A stretch of 58,137 bases of DNA from Candidatus Harrisonbacteria bacterium RIFCSPHIGHO2_02_FULL_42_16 (GCA_001818695.1 MHJG01000025.1:8373-66509); one strand, 5' to 3'. Counted from the first letter of the stretch, positions 9,831 to 18,909 are shown. Notes: a model not told the origin generated them from the letters alone. Numbers and translations are program-made.

Positions 9831-10407
9831 AATTTTTATTCCCATCTAAAACAACTTCAAATTTCAGATGATGATTGTCACAATATTTTTCTAAATCAGT
9901 TAACTTATGAAATGGCAATCGTACAAACATTTTTTTTCCGTCAAAACCTAAAATATCTCCTCCTAACTGCAGCCCAAGCCAATTTTCTTTATCATCATAA
10001 TTTAAAAGCTTTTCAACCCCACCATTGTAGTTAAGCTTCAAAGAAGGTGTATTTTCAGTAATTGCCACAATTTCAACAATAACGCCCCTTCTTGCTTCCA
10101 TTTCAAGCAAAGGGTCGTAATATTGCAAAGGCCATTTTTGACAAAGCTTACCTAATTTACAAATAACTTCGTTCCGGTTTTCGCCTTCCTTTGAATTTAC
10201 ATCCCACTGTAACCCGCACATGGAGTAACCAATAGTTCCAAACTGCCATACCTGGTGAACCAAACCACATTGAGACAAATCATTCCAAAGTTTTTTGCTC
10301 ATTTCCCGTTTCCATGAAAAAAAAGAATTTGTGGATTTTAAATACCTCTCTTCATCTTCGGTAGCAATAAAATAAACTCTAATACATATTCTATTATTTT
10401 TCTCCAT
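9829..10407 (-). CDS. Orphan hypothetical protein (192 aa)
   Basis: Has its own consensus promoter, an SD (GGAGAAG) and a terminator. I recognised no motif. Confidence 0.7.
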   Translation of the reverse strand: MEKNNRICIRVYFIATEDEERYLKSTNSFFSWKREMSKKLWNDLSQCGLVHQVWQFGTIGYSMCGLQWDVNSKEGENRNEVICKLGKLCQKWPLQYYDPLLEMEARRGVIVEIVAITENTPSLKLNYNGGVEKLLNYDDKENWLGLQLGGDILGFDGKKMFVRLPFHKLTDLEKYCDNHHLKFEVVLDGNKN

Positions 10408-10447
10408 CTTAACGCTTCTCCTTTTTACTTTTCAAGGTTATGGATAG

Positions 10448-10476
10448 AGTATAAGACAACTACGGATTGATGTCAA
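10448..10476 (-). promoter_or_regulatory. Sigma-70 consensus promoter TTGACA-N17-TATACT
   Basis: The complement of 10471..10476 is TTGACA and of 10448..10453 is TATACT. It is part of the 60-nt cassette shared with 32049..32108. Confidence 0.7.
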
Positions 10477-10484
10477 TAAGATTT

Positions 10485-11531
10485 CTATTCTTCTTGCGCT
10501 GCTTCCGGCCGTTCCAAAAGCTCCGGTTCAATTTCCATTGCCTCACCGGTTATTTTTAAGACATCCTTGTCAATTTTTCCCAGTTCTTTATAAGCGCTGT
10601 TATACATACTGACTGAAGTGCCAAGATGCGTTCCTAATTTCTGCATATAGGTTTCGTAACTGGATAAGTGCTTGCCGAGCATTTCCACCCGTTTACGGAT
10701 TTCTTTGGCGGATTCTTCAATCTGCAAAGCTTTCAAGCCCTGCAAAACTGTCTGTAAATACGCCAAAAAAGAAGTCGGCGAAACAATAATCACATGCCGA
10801 TCTCTAAAAGCGTATTGAATCAAATCCTGCGTGTCGGATTTCACCGTCCCGACTTTATTTATCAGCAAATCGTAATAAATCGCTTCCGCCGGAATAAACA
10901 TAAAAGCAAAGTCCATTGTCCCCTCTTCCGGTTTCACATATTTTGAGGTCTCATCAATTCGGTTTTTTAAATCCTGCTTAAATGATTTTTCCAGTTCTAT
11001 TTTTGAATCCTCGTCGCGAGCATCCAAAATCCGGTTATAATTTTCCAAACTGAATTTGGAATCAATCGGAATGACTTTGTCCTGAACAAAAATCACCGCA
11101 TCCACGATGGTACCGTCTTTAAATGGATACTGCATCTGATACCGTCCCGGCGGCAAAACATTTTTCAAAAGCGTTTCCAAATAATATTCACCAAGCACGC
11201 CTCGCTGTTTGGGATTTTTCAAAATATCTTGCAAACTCTGCAATTGGTCCGCGAAACTCACTACCTGCTTATTGGTCTCATCCAATTTAGTAAGCTGTTG
11301 GGTAACATCCCTGATAATTTTCGCGCTTTCGCTGAATTGCCTCTGCATTATTCGGCTGGATTCTCCAAGCTTCGCGTCCACCGCCCGCGCTACTTCGCTA
11401 ACCTGATTTTGAAGCATTAAAAAAGAACGGTCATCAATTTTATGCTCCGTTCTTTGATTTTTTAAATACAAAAAAAGCAAAAAAAATCCGGCAATTATCG
11501 CTCCTAAAATAATTATTGAAGACAAATCCAT
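10485..11531 (-). CDS. rmuC: DNA recombination protein RmuC
   Basis: N-terminal TM and coiled coil, then the RmuC nuclease-like core (DAVIFVQDKVIPIDSKFSLENY). Confidence 0.85.
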   Translation of the reverse strand: MDLSSIIILGAIIAGFFLLFLYLKNQRTEHKIDDRSFLMLQNQVSEVARAVDAKLGESSRIMQRQFSESAKIIRDVTQQLTKLDETNKQVVSFADQLQSLQDILKNPKQRGVLGEYYLETLLKNVLPPGRYQMQYPFKDGTIVDAVIFVQDKVIPIDSKFSLENYNRILDARDEDSKIELEKSFKQDLKNRIDETSKYVKPEEGTMDFAFMFIPAEAIYYDLLINKVGTVKSDTQDLIQYAFRDRHVIIVSPTSFLAYLQTVLQGLKALQIEESAKEIRKRVEMLGKHLSSYETYMQKLGTHLGTSVSMYNSAYKELGKIDKDVLKITGEAMEIEPELLERPEAAQEE

Positions 11532-11547
11532 CCCGTTATTATAACAT

Positions 11548-11577
11548 AAAAACTGTCCGCAACGCGGGACAGTTTTT
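11548..11577. terminator. Bidirectional terminator hairpin (aaaaactgtcc-N8-ggacagttttt)
   Basis: A-run, stem, T-run. Located downstream of the 48-aa ORF and just before rmuC. Confidence 0.75.
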
Positions 11578-11587
11578 AAAATTAAAC

Positions 11588-11734
11588 TTATCTTAAATTC
11601 ATTAATCTCATCAGTTCAACCGTCAAGCGAGTAACCCAATCAACTGTCTGCCAATACTGCGGAGCAATTACGATAAAAAATAATATAAGAAATCCCGCGA
11701 GAACAAATACCGCAACTACTTTTTTAAATTTCAT
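11588..11734 (-). CDS. Unannotated 48-aa membrane micro-protein
   Basis: Below the track cutoff. The complement reads MKFKKVVAVFVLAGFLILFFIVIAPQYWQTVDWVTRLTVELMRLMNLR* (49 codons, counted). Its ATG overlaps the TGA of the receiver-domain gene (ATGA at 11731..11734). Confidence 0.5.
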   Translation of the reverse strand: MKFKKVVAVFVLAGFLILFFIVIAPQYWQTVDWVTRLTVELMRLMNLR

Positions 11735-12123
11735 ATTCCATTTTTCAACCGGGCAAAAAATAATTTTATGTACCGCGGATCTTTGTCCAAATTACGGATG
11801 CCCAATCGCTTTTCCAGTTCTTCAAAAGGCATTCCGGAGTTAAAAGCGATTTCCACATTGCGATTTTTGCTCCATACCCATTGAGCAACATCCTGCTCTA
11901 TTGCCCTGCCGTCCGAAACCCCGTTATCAAGAATTACCGCCTTATATTTTCCTTTTTGAAAAGAACTTTTAAATTCCGCTATAGACCCGACAAATTCACA
12001 GCAGAAATTTTCACCAACCCTATCTGCTATCAGTTGTATAATATTCTGAATTTCTTTATCATCTTCTAAAACCAGTACCGAAATATCCGAACCTTGTCCG
12101 CCGCGATTCCGATTACCGCTCAT
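11731..12123 (-). CDS. Stand-alone CheY-like receiver (REC) domain protein
   Basis: SVLVLEDD acidic pair and AVILDNGVSDG (putative phospho-acceptor Asp). No output domain and no kinase nearby. Confidence 0.65.
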   Translation of the reverse strand: MSGNRNRGGQGSDISVLVLEDDKEIQNIIQLIADRVGENFCCEFVGSIAEFKSSFQKGKYKAVILDNGVSDGRAIEQDVAQWVWSKNRNVEIAFNSGMPFEELEKRLGIRNLDKDPRYIKLFFARLKNGI

Positions 12124-12159
12124 TATCCACCTCCCTAACTGCTGAAAATAACTGTATCT

Positions 12160-12188
12160 ATTATATAACTAATTTTAAAAACTGTCAA
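12160..12188 (-). promoter_or_regulatory. Sigma-70 consensus promoter TTGACA-N17-TATAAT for the REC gene
   Basis: The complement of 12183..12188 is TTGACA and of 12160..12165 is TATAAT. Confidence 0.7.
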
Positions 12189-12190
12189 AT

Positions 12191-12748
12191 TTAAATCACC
12201 GCCAAACCGGCGCTAACCAAAAGAAATATGCCTATAGCGTCAAGCAAAAACGTTATAGCAATAAATTTCTTCGTGCTCAAACGGTAAATTCCAAGAATTC
12301 CCACACCTAATTCGTCCGGCAAAGGCGAAGCAATAATTAACGCCCCAATAACCGGCCCCAACCAAGCGAAATATTTAGTATGCGCAATATAATGCGCCCG
12401 GAAAATGGAATCGCCGCCTATTTTTTGAAAAATTTGCCTTAATTCATCTGTTAAACCGTCTTTAAAAAACTTAAAAATCAAGTAATCCCCTATTATGGAC
12501 CCTAAAGCCCCGAATAATGTTACTAAAAATATATTATGACTGTCGGCAAATAATACCAATACCGTCCCGGCTGGCACCACCGTAAAGGTAGAAACAAAAA
12601 ATATTCCGGCAATAAACGCTCCAAAATATCCGAATTGACTTAAAACATCAATAAACTGCCGTAAAACGCCGGTATAAAAAAAGAAAAAAGTAACGGATAA
12701 AATACCGATAAATACAGCCAAATTGGAATATTTTAAATGATGATTCAT
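12191..12748 (-). CDS. Polytopic membrane protein (possibly DedA/VTT-like)
   Basis: Five to six hydrophobic segments. The family assignment is weak. Confidence 0.55.
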   Translation of the reverse strand: MNHHLKYSNLAVFIGILSVTFFFFYTGVLRQFIDVLSQFGYFGAFIAGIFFVSTFTVVPAGTVLVLFADSHNIFLVTLFGALGSIIGDYLIFKFFKDGLTDELRQIFQKIGGDSIFRAHYIAHTKYFAWLGPVIGALIIASPLPDELGVGILGIYRLSTKKFIAITFLLDAIGIFLLVSAGLAVI

Positions 12749-13926
12749 AAATTATTTAATTCTTTTTGATATTTCTTTTTAACCGCTTCAAACGCGGCTT
12801 TATCTTTTTCATTGACTGGCTCGCCGGGCGGAATTTTTTCTTTAAACGGATTGATTAATGCCCCGAATTTATGCATTTCGTAATGAAGGTGCGGACCGGT
12901 GGAAAGTCCGGTGGAACCGACATAGCCGACAATTTGTCCTTGCGCCACTTTGGTTCCAACCCGAATGCCTTTTGCTAAAGAAGAAAAATGGCCGTAAACC
13001 GTCGTATACATTTCATTGTGGCGGACCTTGACGGAAATTCCATAATAGCCGTTCCAGCCGGCCTGGACTACCGTGCCGCCACCAACGCTGACTGCCGGCG
13101 TGCCGGCTGGAGCCGCATAATCAATGCCCCGATGAGGGGAAACCTGATTGGTAATAGGATTCAGCCGGGCGTAAGAAAATCCGGAACTGATATATTTATA
13201 TTGAAGCGGGGCTTTTAGAAATACTTTTTGCACCGAATTGCTATTTTCATCATAATAACCCGCTTTGGTATTTTCGCTTTCGTAATAGAATCCCTGAAAT
13301 TTCTCGCCGTAATTATTGAATTCCGCCGCCAGAATCTTGCCGGGATGGCTATAAACGCCGTCACGGTATTTTTTTTCATAAATAACTTTAAAACTGTCGC
13401 CTTTTTGGATTTGGGCCGCGAAATCAATCTGCCAGGCAAAGGTCTCCGCCAAAGCCAACGCTAGCCGTTCATCTAAATTCTGTTCCACGATAGTTTGGTA
13501 AAGCGAATTCTCAATTACCCCTTTGGCGCTGTCAATTTTAACCGAGTACTCAATCGGAGTTTTTTCCGCCTGCCAATATTCCGCAGTGGTAGTGGATAAA
13601 TTTTTAACCGACAATTTTTCATCACGGTCTATTTCATAAACTAATTCTTTAAGCGCGCCATTTTTATCGTAAACAAATTCCAATTTTTTTCCAGCGGCAA
13701 TGCTCGCCAAATTATAAACTTTCTTGGCGCCGTCTAAAATCGCGTTCGCGGTATCGGTCGCCACGCCGGTCTCGCTCGCCATAACGCTAAAAGTCGCCCC
13801 TTGAAGAATTTCTTTTTTTACTACCAAATCGGCGTCTTTTTTAAATAAAAATTTATCGCCATTGCTAAGAAAATATGAAAGCCCAAGCACTCCGATTGCC
13901 AGAAATATTTTAAATAAGATATTCAT
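12745..13926 (-). CDS. M23-family metallopeptidase (peptidoglycan DD-endopeptidase type)
   Basis: HRGIDYAAPAGTPV and GSTGLSTGPHLHYEM motifs, plus an N-terminal anchor. Confidence 0.9.
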   Translation of the reverse strand: MNILFKIFLAIGVLGLSYFLSNGDKFLFKKDADLVVKKEILQGATFSVMASETGVATDTANAILDGAKKVYNLASIAAGKKLEFVYDKNGALKELVYEIDRDEKLSVKNLSTTTAEYWQAEKTPIEYSVKIDSAKGVIENSLYQTIVEQNLDERLALALAETFAWQIDFAAQIQKGDSFKVIYEKKYRDGVYSHPGKILAAEFNNYGEKFQGFYYESENTKAGYYDENSNSVQKVFLKAPLQYKYISSGFSYARLNPITNQVSPHRGIDYAAPAGTPAVSVGGGTVVQAGWNGYYGISVKVRHNEMYTTVYGHFSSLAKGIRVGTKVAQGQIVGYVGSTGLSTGPHLHYEMHKFGALINPFKEKIPPGEPVNEKDKAAFEAVKKKYQKELNNL

Positions 13927-13929
13927 AAA

Positions 13930-15594
13930 TTATGATTTAACCAGATGCTCAAGCGCATAACTTAAATTCGCTCCCACTTTTTTCCCGGGATTAAAAATGT
14001 TTTGCAGGTCAAAAATCCGCTTAGTTTCCTCAAATAATTTATAAACCTCTCCTCCATACATTTTTTTCAAATATGGACTGCGAATTAATCCGTCGTTATG
14101 CTCGGCGGTAATGGAACCGCCGAATTCTAAAACTAAATCATAAACTTTATCGGACAATTCTTTAATAATCTCGCGATTTTTGGAGTCGGCCAAATCCATC
14201 AGCGGAATAATATGAAAATTGCCGTTTCCGATATGGCCGGCAATAGTATAAGTAAAATTGCCGTAAGAATCCAGAATTTTATTCAATTTCGGAAAAAATT
14301 CCGGCAATTTTTCCACTTGAACGATAAAATCGTCAATAAAAGGCGCGGTTCGCTTGCCTTTAATGCTTTTTCTTAACAAATTAAAACTTTCTCTCCTGAT
14401 AGTCCAATATTTTTTTGCTTCCGCCTCATTTTTGGCAATATGAAATTTAATCGGAAACGGCTTAAGTTCTTTCCGCAAATCATCTAAACGGGAAATGATT
14501 TCCTTTTCATCATCGCCGGTAAATTCCGCCAAAAGCGCCAACTCCGGCATTCCGCCGGTAAGAAACATCCAAAATTCCGGCAGAAATTGCCAAACCAGTT
14601 TAAGGATATTTTGTTTTAACGATTTGATGAAGCTCGGCAAAAACTTCAAAGCCAATTTTAAAGTATGGCTATCAAACGATTCAAAACTTTCCGGCTTAAA
14701 TCTCATAACGGTTTCTGCCACGCCGACTAACGGCTTTAAGTCCTTTAAAAAAAGCACCGCTAAACGGGAGTATTTTTTAGGCGTAATAAGACGAAAAGTA
14801 ATCTCGGTAATAATTCCCAGCGTACCCTGTGAACCGGCAAATAATTTAGTTAAATCAAATTTATTTCCGTCCCAAACATTCCAAAGATAATAGCCGGCGG
14901 AATTTTTTGATACTTTCGGCTTAGCTTTTTGTAATAGCTCCTGATTGTCAAAAACCAGTTTGGATATTTTTCTATAAATCTCTCCTTCAAAATTTGTTTC
15001 TTTTAACTTTTTCTCTAATTCTTCCCGGTTAAGCGGTTTCAAAATATATTCATTGCCATCGCTTAATACCGCTTTCAATTCCAAAATATAATCTTCCGTT
15101 TTCCCGTACGCAAGAGTTTTTTCTCCTCCGGCATTATTGGCAACCATCCCGCCAACCGCGCAAATTTCTCTAGACGCCGGATAACTCGGCAATAATAAGT
15201 TTTTTTTCAATGTTTCTTTTTCAAAATCGCGGTAAAAAACACCCGGCTGTGCCCGCGCGTAACCGCCTCCGTCCCCGTAAGAATCTACTTCGTAAATTTT
15301 ATTAAAATGTTTGGTAAAATCAATCACGATTGATTCTCCTAAATCACCGCCGGTCATATCCGTGCCGCCGCACCTTGCTGTTATAGACAGCAACGCAAAT
15401 TCAGGCAGACCAAGAGCGGATTTACGCCGACTGATAAATTGCACGAGTTTTTTAATGTCTTCAGAATCTTTTGGAAAAACTACTGTTTCCGGCTTTACTT
15501 CAAATAAACTGGCGTCACGGCTGTATTTTTGCAAAGTTTTTTCGTCATTCGCAATTTCTCCCTTGATAAATTCTTTAAGCTGATTAGTTAGCAT
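13930..15594 (-). CDS. FAD-linked oxidase (GlcD/D-lactate dehydrogenase-like)
   Basis: N-terminal FAD-binding PCMH-type domain (ARCGGTDMTGG, AVGGMVANNAGG) and a C-terminal FAD-oxidase domain. Confidence 0.75.
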   Translation of the reverse strand: MLTNQLKEFIKGEIANDEKTLQKYSRDASLFEVKPETVVFPKDSEDIKKLVQFISRRKSALGLPEFALLSITARCGGTDMTGGDLGESIVIDFTKHFNKIYEVDSYGDGGGYARAQPGVFYRDFEKETLKKNLLLPSYPASREICAVGGMVANNAGGEKTLAYGKTEDYILELKAVLSDGNEYILKPLNREELEKKLKETNFEGEIYRKISKLVFDNQELLQKAKPKVSKNSAGYYLWNVWDGNKFDLTKLFAGSQGTLGIITEITFRLITPKKYSRLAVLFLKDLKPLVGVAETVMRFKPESFESFDSHTLKLALKFLPSFIKSLKQNILKLVWQFLPEFWMFLTGGMPELALLAEFTGDDEKEIISRLDDLRKELKPFPIKFHIAKNEAEAKKYWTIRRESFNLLRKSIKGKRTAPFIDDFIVQVEKLPEFFPKLNKILDSYGNFTYTIAGHIGNGNFHIIPLMDLADSKNREIIKELSDKVYDLVLEFGGSITAEHNDGLIRSPYLKKMYGGEVYKLFEETKRIFDLQNIFNPGKKVGANLSYALEHLVKS

Positions 15595-15635
15595 ATCTTT
15601 TTATTATAATCTAAAAATTTTTATATAAAAATACG

Positions 15636-15663
15636 AACGCCTGCATGTTACCATGCAGGCGTT
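15636..15663 (-). terminator. Terminator hairpin downstream of the GC-rich orphan gene
   Basis: aacgcctgcatg-ttac-catgcaggcgtt forms a 12-bp stem, with a T-rich tail on the minus strand. Confidence 0.75.
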
Positions 15664-15700
15664 TTACTTAGATACCCAAATGCTTAAGAGCCCAAGTATC

Positions 15701-16324
15701 CTAAGAATTACAGGAGAAGACCTGGTCGCCCCCACCCCACTCACGCAGATCCTCGACCGAGATGGCGCCGACGAACCAGCCAGCGCCGTGCCAGCGGACG
15801 CTCACCGCCCAGGGCACTCCTTTGACATTGTAGACATAGAAGATGTTCGCGGAGCCATTGGTCAGGAGCTTTCCGAACTCGACATTGGGTTGCTTTTTGA
15901 GGAGCTCCCAGATGCTGGCGAGAGTCGTATCGTACTTGCTTCCCAGTTCGTCCAGGATCGGCTTGTCCAAGGAGTTCTTCTTGAGCTTGCTAATGCGGAG
16001 GGTGATTTTTCTTTGTGGGTCTTCCACCTTACACAGGAAGTTCTCTTTGAAGTTGTCTCCGATCGCGGTGATCTTTACCTCTTTGCTGTTCGTGGTGAAG
16101 TGTTGATTGGCTAAGAACTTGCCGGTGGATGAAACTTGGACAGTGCCAAGTGAATCCAGGAGCGCGGAGACTGCCGCGTTTCCGAACTTTCCCCTAATCA
16201 CGTTCTGAAGCGCAGCCATCACTACATCAAACAACAACGTTCCTTCATCAGTTCTGCGGACAAGCTCATCCACTCGTCTCCGCAGTTGTCCATATTGTTC
16301 GTCGGTGACACATTTTTGCGTCAT
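15701..16324 (-). CDS. Orphan hypothetical protein (207 aa) in a visibly GC-rich gene
   Basis: The ATG is preceded by AGGAGG, and the gene has its own promoter and terminator. Codon choice (GAC, CTG, GCC, CGC) is unlike the neighbours. The antisense 153-aa ORF is rejected. Confidence 0.7.
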   Translation of the reverse strand: MTQKCVTDEQYGQLRRRVDELVRRTDEGTLLFDVVMAALQNVIRGKFGNAAVSALLDSLGTVQVSSTGKFLANQHFTTNSKEVKITAIGDNFKENFLCKVEDPQRKITLRISKLKKNSLDKPILDELGSKYDTTLASIWELLKKQPNVEFGKLLTNGSANIFYVYNVKGVPWAVSVRWHGAGWFVGAISVEDLREWGGGDQVFSCNS

Positions 16325-16367
16325 AACGATACCTCCTGTTTTTTATTTGCCTGACGGAACTTCTGAC

Positions 16368-16397
16368 AGTATAGCATGATTAGAGTTATTTTGTCAA
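16368..16397 (-). promoter_or_regulatory. Promoter TTGACA-N18-TATACT for the GC-rich gene
   Basis: The complement of 16392..16397 is TTGACA (inside the 3' end of the DsbA-like gene) and of 16368..16373 is TATACT. Confidence 0.6.
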
Positions 16398-17117
16398 AAG
16401 AAACGCATCAAGAATTTGCTTAACCGCGGAATAGGGCTGGGCGCCGTTAATGACTAATTTTTGCCCGCTTTTGGCAACAACAATGCTGTAAGGAGTGCCA
16501 CTTCCTCCGGAAGCAACCGCGTTTTGATAATCCTTTTCCACTTTTTCCGCGTATTTTCCGCTATTAACACAGCTGTCAAATTTCTGGCGGTTTAATCCGA
16601 CATATTCCGCGATATTGGATAATTCTGAAAAAGCCAAACCATTATTAGACGGCGTAACTTCAAAAAGCCGGTCTAAGTACGCCCAAAACGTCTCGTTGCC
16701 GCCTAATTCCGCGGCGCACTCGGTCGCTTCCGCTTCTTTGCGAGCTTTTGGATGCAAAGAATCCAAGGGAAAATGGCGATACACCCAAGCGACATTATTG
16801 CTATATTCATCGGTTACTTGCCGCATCGTATCGTGAAATCTTTTGCAAAATGGGCATTCAGTATCAGAATATTCCACCACGACCGCCTTTGCGCCTAAAT
16901 TGCCGCGAATATGGTCAGAACTGCCAACAAGACGCAAATTTTCTGTCGGCGCTCCGGAAGGAGCGGAATCGCCCAGCGCCTCTCCGACATTGGCCGGCTG
17001 AACAGAATTTCTGCCGGTCGCGTAAATAACCGCCAAGGAAATCATCGAGCCGGCGATTAAAATCGCCGCCGGCACTGTTAAAAAATTTTTACTTTCGGGC
17101 AAAGAACCGTTTTCCAT
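16386..17117 (-). CDS. Membrane-anchored DsbA-family thiol:disulfide oxidoreductase
   Basis: N-terminal TM and a thioredoxin fold with CPFC. Confidence 0.85.
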   Translation of the reverse strand: MENGSLPESKNFLTVPAAILIAGSMISLAVIYATGRNSVQPANVGEALGDSAPSGAPTENLRLVGSSDHIRGNLGAKAVVVEYSDTECPFCKRFHDTMRQVTDEYSNNVAWVYRHFPLDSLHPKARKEAEATECAAELGGNETFWAYLDRLFEVTPSNNGLAFSELSNIAEYVGLNRQKFDSCVNSGKYAEKVEKDYQNAVASGGSGTPYSIVVAKSGQKLVINGAQPYSAVKQILDAFLLTK

Positions 17118-17182
17118 ATTAAAATAAATTATACAAAACTTTTTTTATTTATGCAAGGCAATTACGATAAAGAAAAAACCGC

Positions 17183-17563
17183 TTATTTAAGCGGTTTTAA
17201 CCTGCCTTCTTTAATATTTATTTCAAACTGTTCCATAACACCTTGCGCCATTTTTTTAATTTCTGGAGGTATCTCCTGTTTTTGTAATTTTAACACAGTT
17301 GCATTGGCTATCGGCTCAACTAAACGATCTGGGTCTAACCTTTTTATTTCTTTAAGTACGACATCACTTCCTACTCCAATTTTGCTACAAATATATTTTG
17401 CATTTACAAAATGACATTCTCGTAATAATTGATAAAAATAAACTCCACGATGTCCCTCGACAAGTCCGCCACACGATTCCTGAAGTTTTCTATATACTCT
17501 TTCAAGTTTAAGAACTACCCAGAATAACGTTTCGGCATCTTTTTTATGGTCTTGTTTTGCCAC
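17183..17563 (-). CDS. Orphan hypothetical protein (126 aa), possible HTH
   Basis: GTG start preceded by AGGAGAA. AKYICSKIGVGSDVVLKEIKRL looks like a helix-turn-helix. Has its own promoter. Confidence 0.6.
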   Translation of the reverse strand: MAKQDHKKDAETLFWVVLKLERVYRKLQESCGGLVEGHRGVYFYQLLRECHFVNAKYICSKIGVGSDVVLKEIKRLDPDRLVEPIANATVLKLQKQEIPPEIKKMAQGVMEQFEINIKEGRLKPLK

Positions 17564-17593
17564 CTTATTCTCCTTTCAAAGTTATCTGATTCT

Positions 17594-17621
17594 ATTATAT
17601 ACCTCATTAAATAGGTGTCAA
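17594..17621 (-). promoter_or_regulatory. Promoter TTGACA-N16-TATAAT
   Basis: The complement of 17616..17621 is TTGACA and of 17594..17599 is TATAAT. The leader contains ATAACTTTGAAAGGAGAA, resembling the shared cassette. Confidence 0.6.
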
Positions 17622-17639
17622 TGCTATCCGTTAAATCTA

Positions 17640-17849
17640 TTACTTGCCGTCAACCGCCAATGCTTTTCTTTTGCTGAATACGAAAATATATAAAATATCA
17701 AGAATGGCTAAAGTGTTCAAAAGCAAAATTACGATAAACCACCATTTATCGTTTTTCTGCGCCGCAGTCCACAAAGCAACGCCTTTCCAGGGAATAGTCC
17801 AAAGAACAATCAACGCCAATAATAAATTGTTTTGCAATATGGTTTCCAT
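17640..17849 (-). CDS. Small two-TM membrane protein (69 aa)
   Basis: LWTIPWKGVALWTAAQKNDKWWFIVILLLNTLAILDILYIF gives two hydrophobic helices with a Trp-rich loop. Confidence 0.6.
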   Translation of the reverse strand: METILQNNLLLALIVLWTIPWKGVALWTAAQKNDKWWFIVILLLNTLAILDILYIFVFSKRKALAVDGK

Positions 17850-17925
17850 CTTGTAGTGAGTACTTCAATTTTACTCAGTATAAACTTGTTGAACTATCTT
17901 GTAGTGAGCTTGTCGAACTATAAAA

Positions 17926-18909
17926 CTAGCCGGAAACTTGCGGCAATCCTAATTTACTTTTAATTTCTTTCATTTTGGCAACGACCTGTTTTTTTGCTTT
18001 TTTAAAACCGGAATTTAAAATAGCATTTAGGATTGAGGGTTGATGGTTGAGGATATGGAACGATTTTAACGAATTAACGACAACTTTTGCCAAATCCGTC
18101 TTAAACTCCCCATATCCCTTGCCGTAATATTTTTTCTCCAATTCCATCACGGGTCTTTCGGATAGCTCCGAATAAATACTTAAAAGATTGGATAAGCCCG
18201 GCTTATTTTTTTCGTCATATTTAATTTCACTGCCGGAATCAGTTACCGCGCTTTTTATTTTTTGCATTATTTCTTTTTCTGAATCGTCTAAAAATAAACA
18301 CCCGCTCGGCAATGTTTTGGACATTTTCTTCTGTGGGTTATCCAAGCTCATAACCCGAGCCGTTTTGGCAAGAATTGCCTGCGGTTCAATAAAGGTCTTG
18401 CCGAATTTATTATTAAATTTCCGCGCTAAAGTCCTTGCCAGTTCCAGATGCTGAAGCTGGTCGTCGCCAACCGGAACGAATTTAGCATCATATAATAATA
18501 TGTCCGCCGCCATCAAAAGCGGATAAGTAACTAACCCCATATTAATATTATTGGGGTCGTTTTGAGCTTTATCTTTAAATTGGGTCATTCGGTTTAGTTC
18601 GCCAGGCGGAGTTATAGTACTTAAAATCCAAGTTAGTTCGGTTGATTCCGGCGCTTGCGACTGAACAAAAATAACCGATTTTTTTGGGTCAATACCGGCA
18701 GCTAAATATGACTGCGCCACGGCTAAAATCTCCTTTTCTTTTTGTTTTGGAGAAAAATCAATCGTCAAAGAATGATAATCGGCAATGAAAAAATAACACT
18801 GATATTTCCCGCTATTCTGCAATTCCACAAAATTTTTAAGCGCGCCCAAATAATTACCGAGATGCAGACGGCCGGTGGGCTGAATACCGCTTATGAGAAT
18901 AGGTTTCAT
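17926..18909 (-). CDS. trpS: Tryptophanyl-tRNA synthetase
   Basis: HIGH-type motif (HLGNYLG), KMSKT, 327 aa. Confidence 0.93.
   Translation of the reverse strand: MKPILISGIQPTGRLHLGNYLGALKNFVELQNSGKYQCYFFIADYHSLTIDFSPKQKEKEILAVAQSYLAAGIDPKKSVIFVQSQAPESTELTWILSTITPPGELNRMTQFKDKAQNDPNNINMGLVTYPLLMAADILLYDAKFVPVGDDQLQHLELARTLARKFNNKFGKTFIEPQAILAKTARVMSLDNPQKKMSKTLPSGCLFLDDSEKEIMQKIKSAVTDSGSEIKYDEKNKPGLSNLLSIYSELSERPVMELEKKYYGKGYGEFKTDLAKVVVNSLKSFHILNHQPSILNAILNSGFKKAKKQVVAKMKEIKSKLGLPQVSG

Noticed and set aside
15653-16114. A 153-aa plus-strand ORF antisense to the GC-rich orphan gene.
   Set aside because: High GC suppresses stop codons on both strands. Only the minus-strand frame has a promoter, an AGGAGG SD and a downstream terminator.
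17848-17908. A 13-nt direct repeat atcttgtagtgag (17848..17860 and 17896..17908) plus cttgt(t/c)gaactat repeats, between trpS and the 69-aa membrane gene.
   Set aside because: The repeats are real but short. The first copy overlaps the start codon. I could not see a structure or a known motif, so I left it as an unexplained spacer feature.
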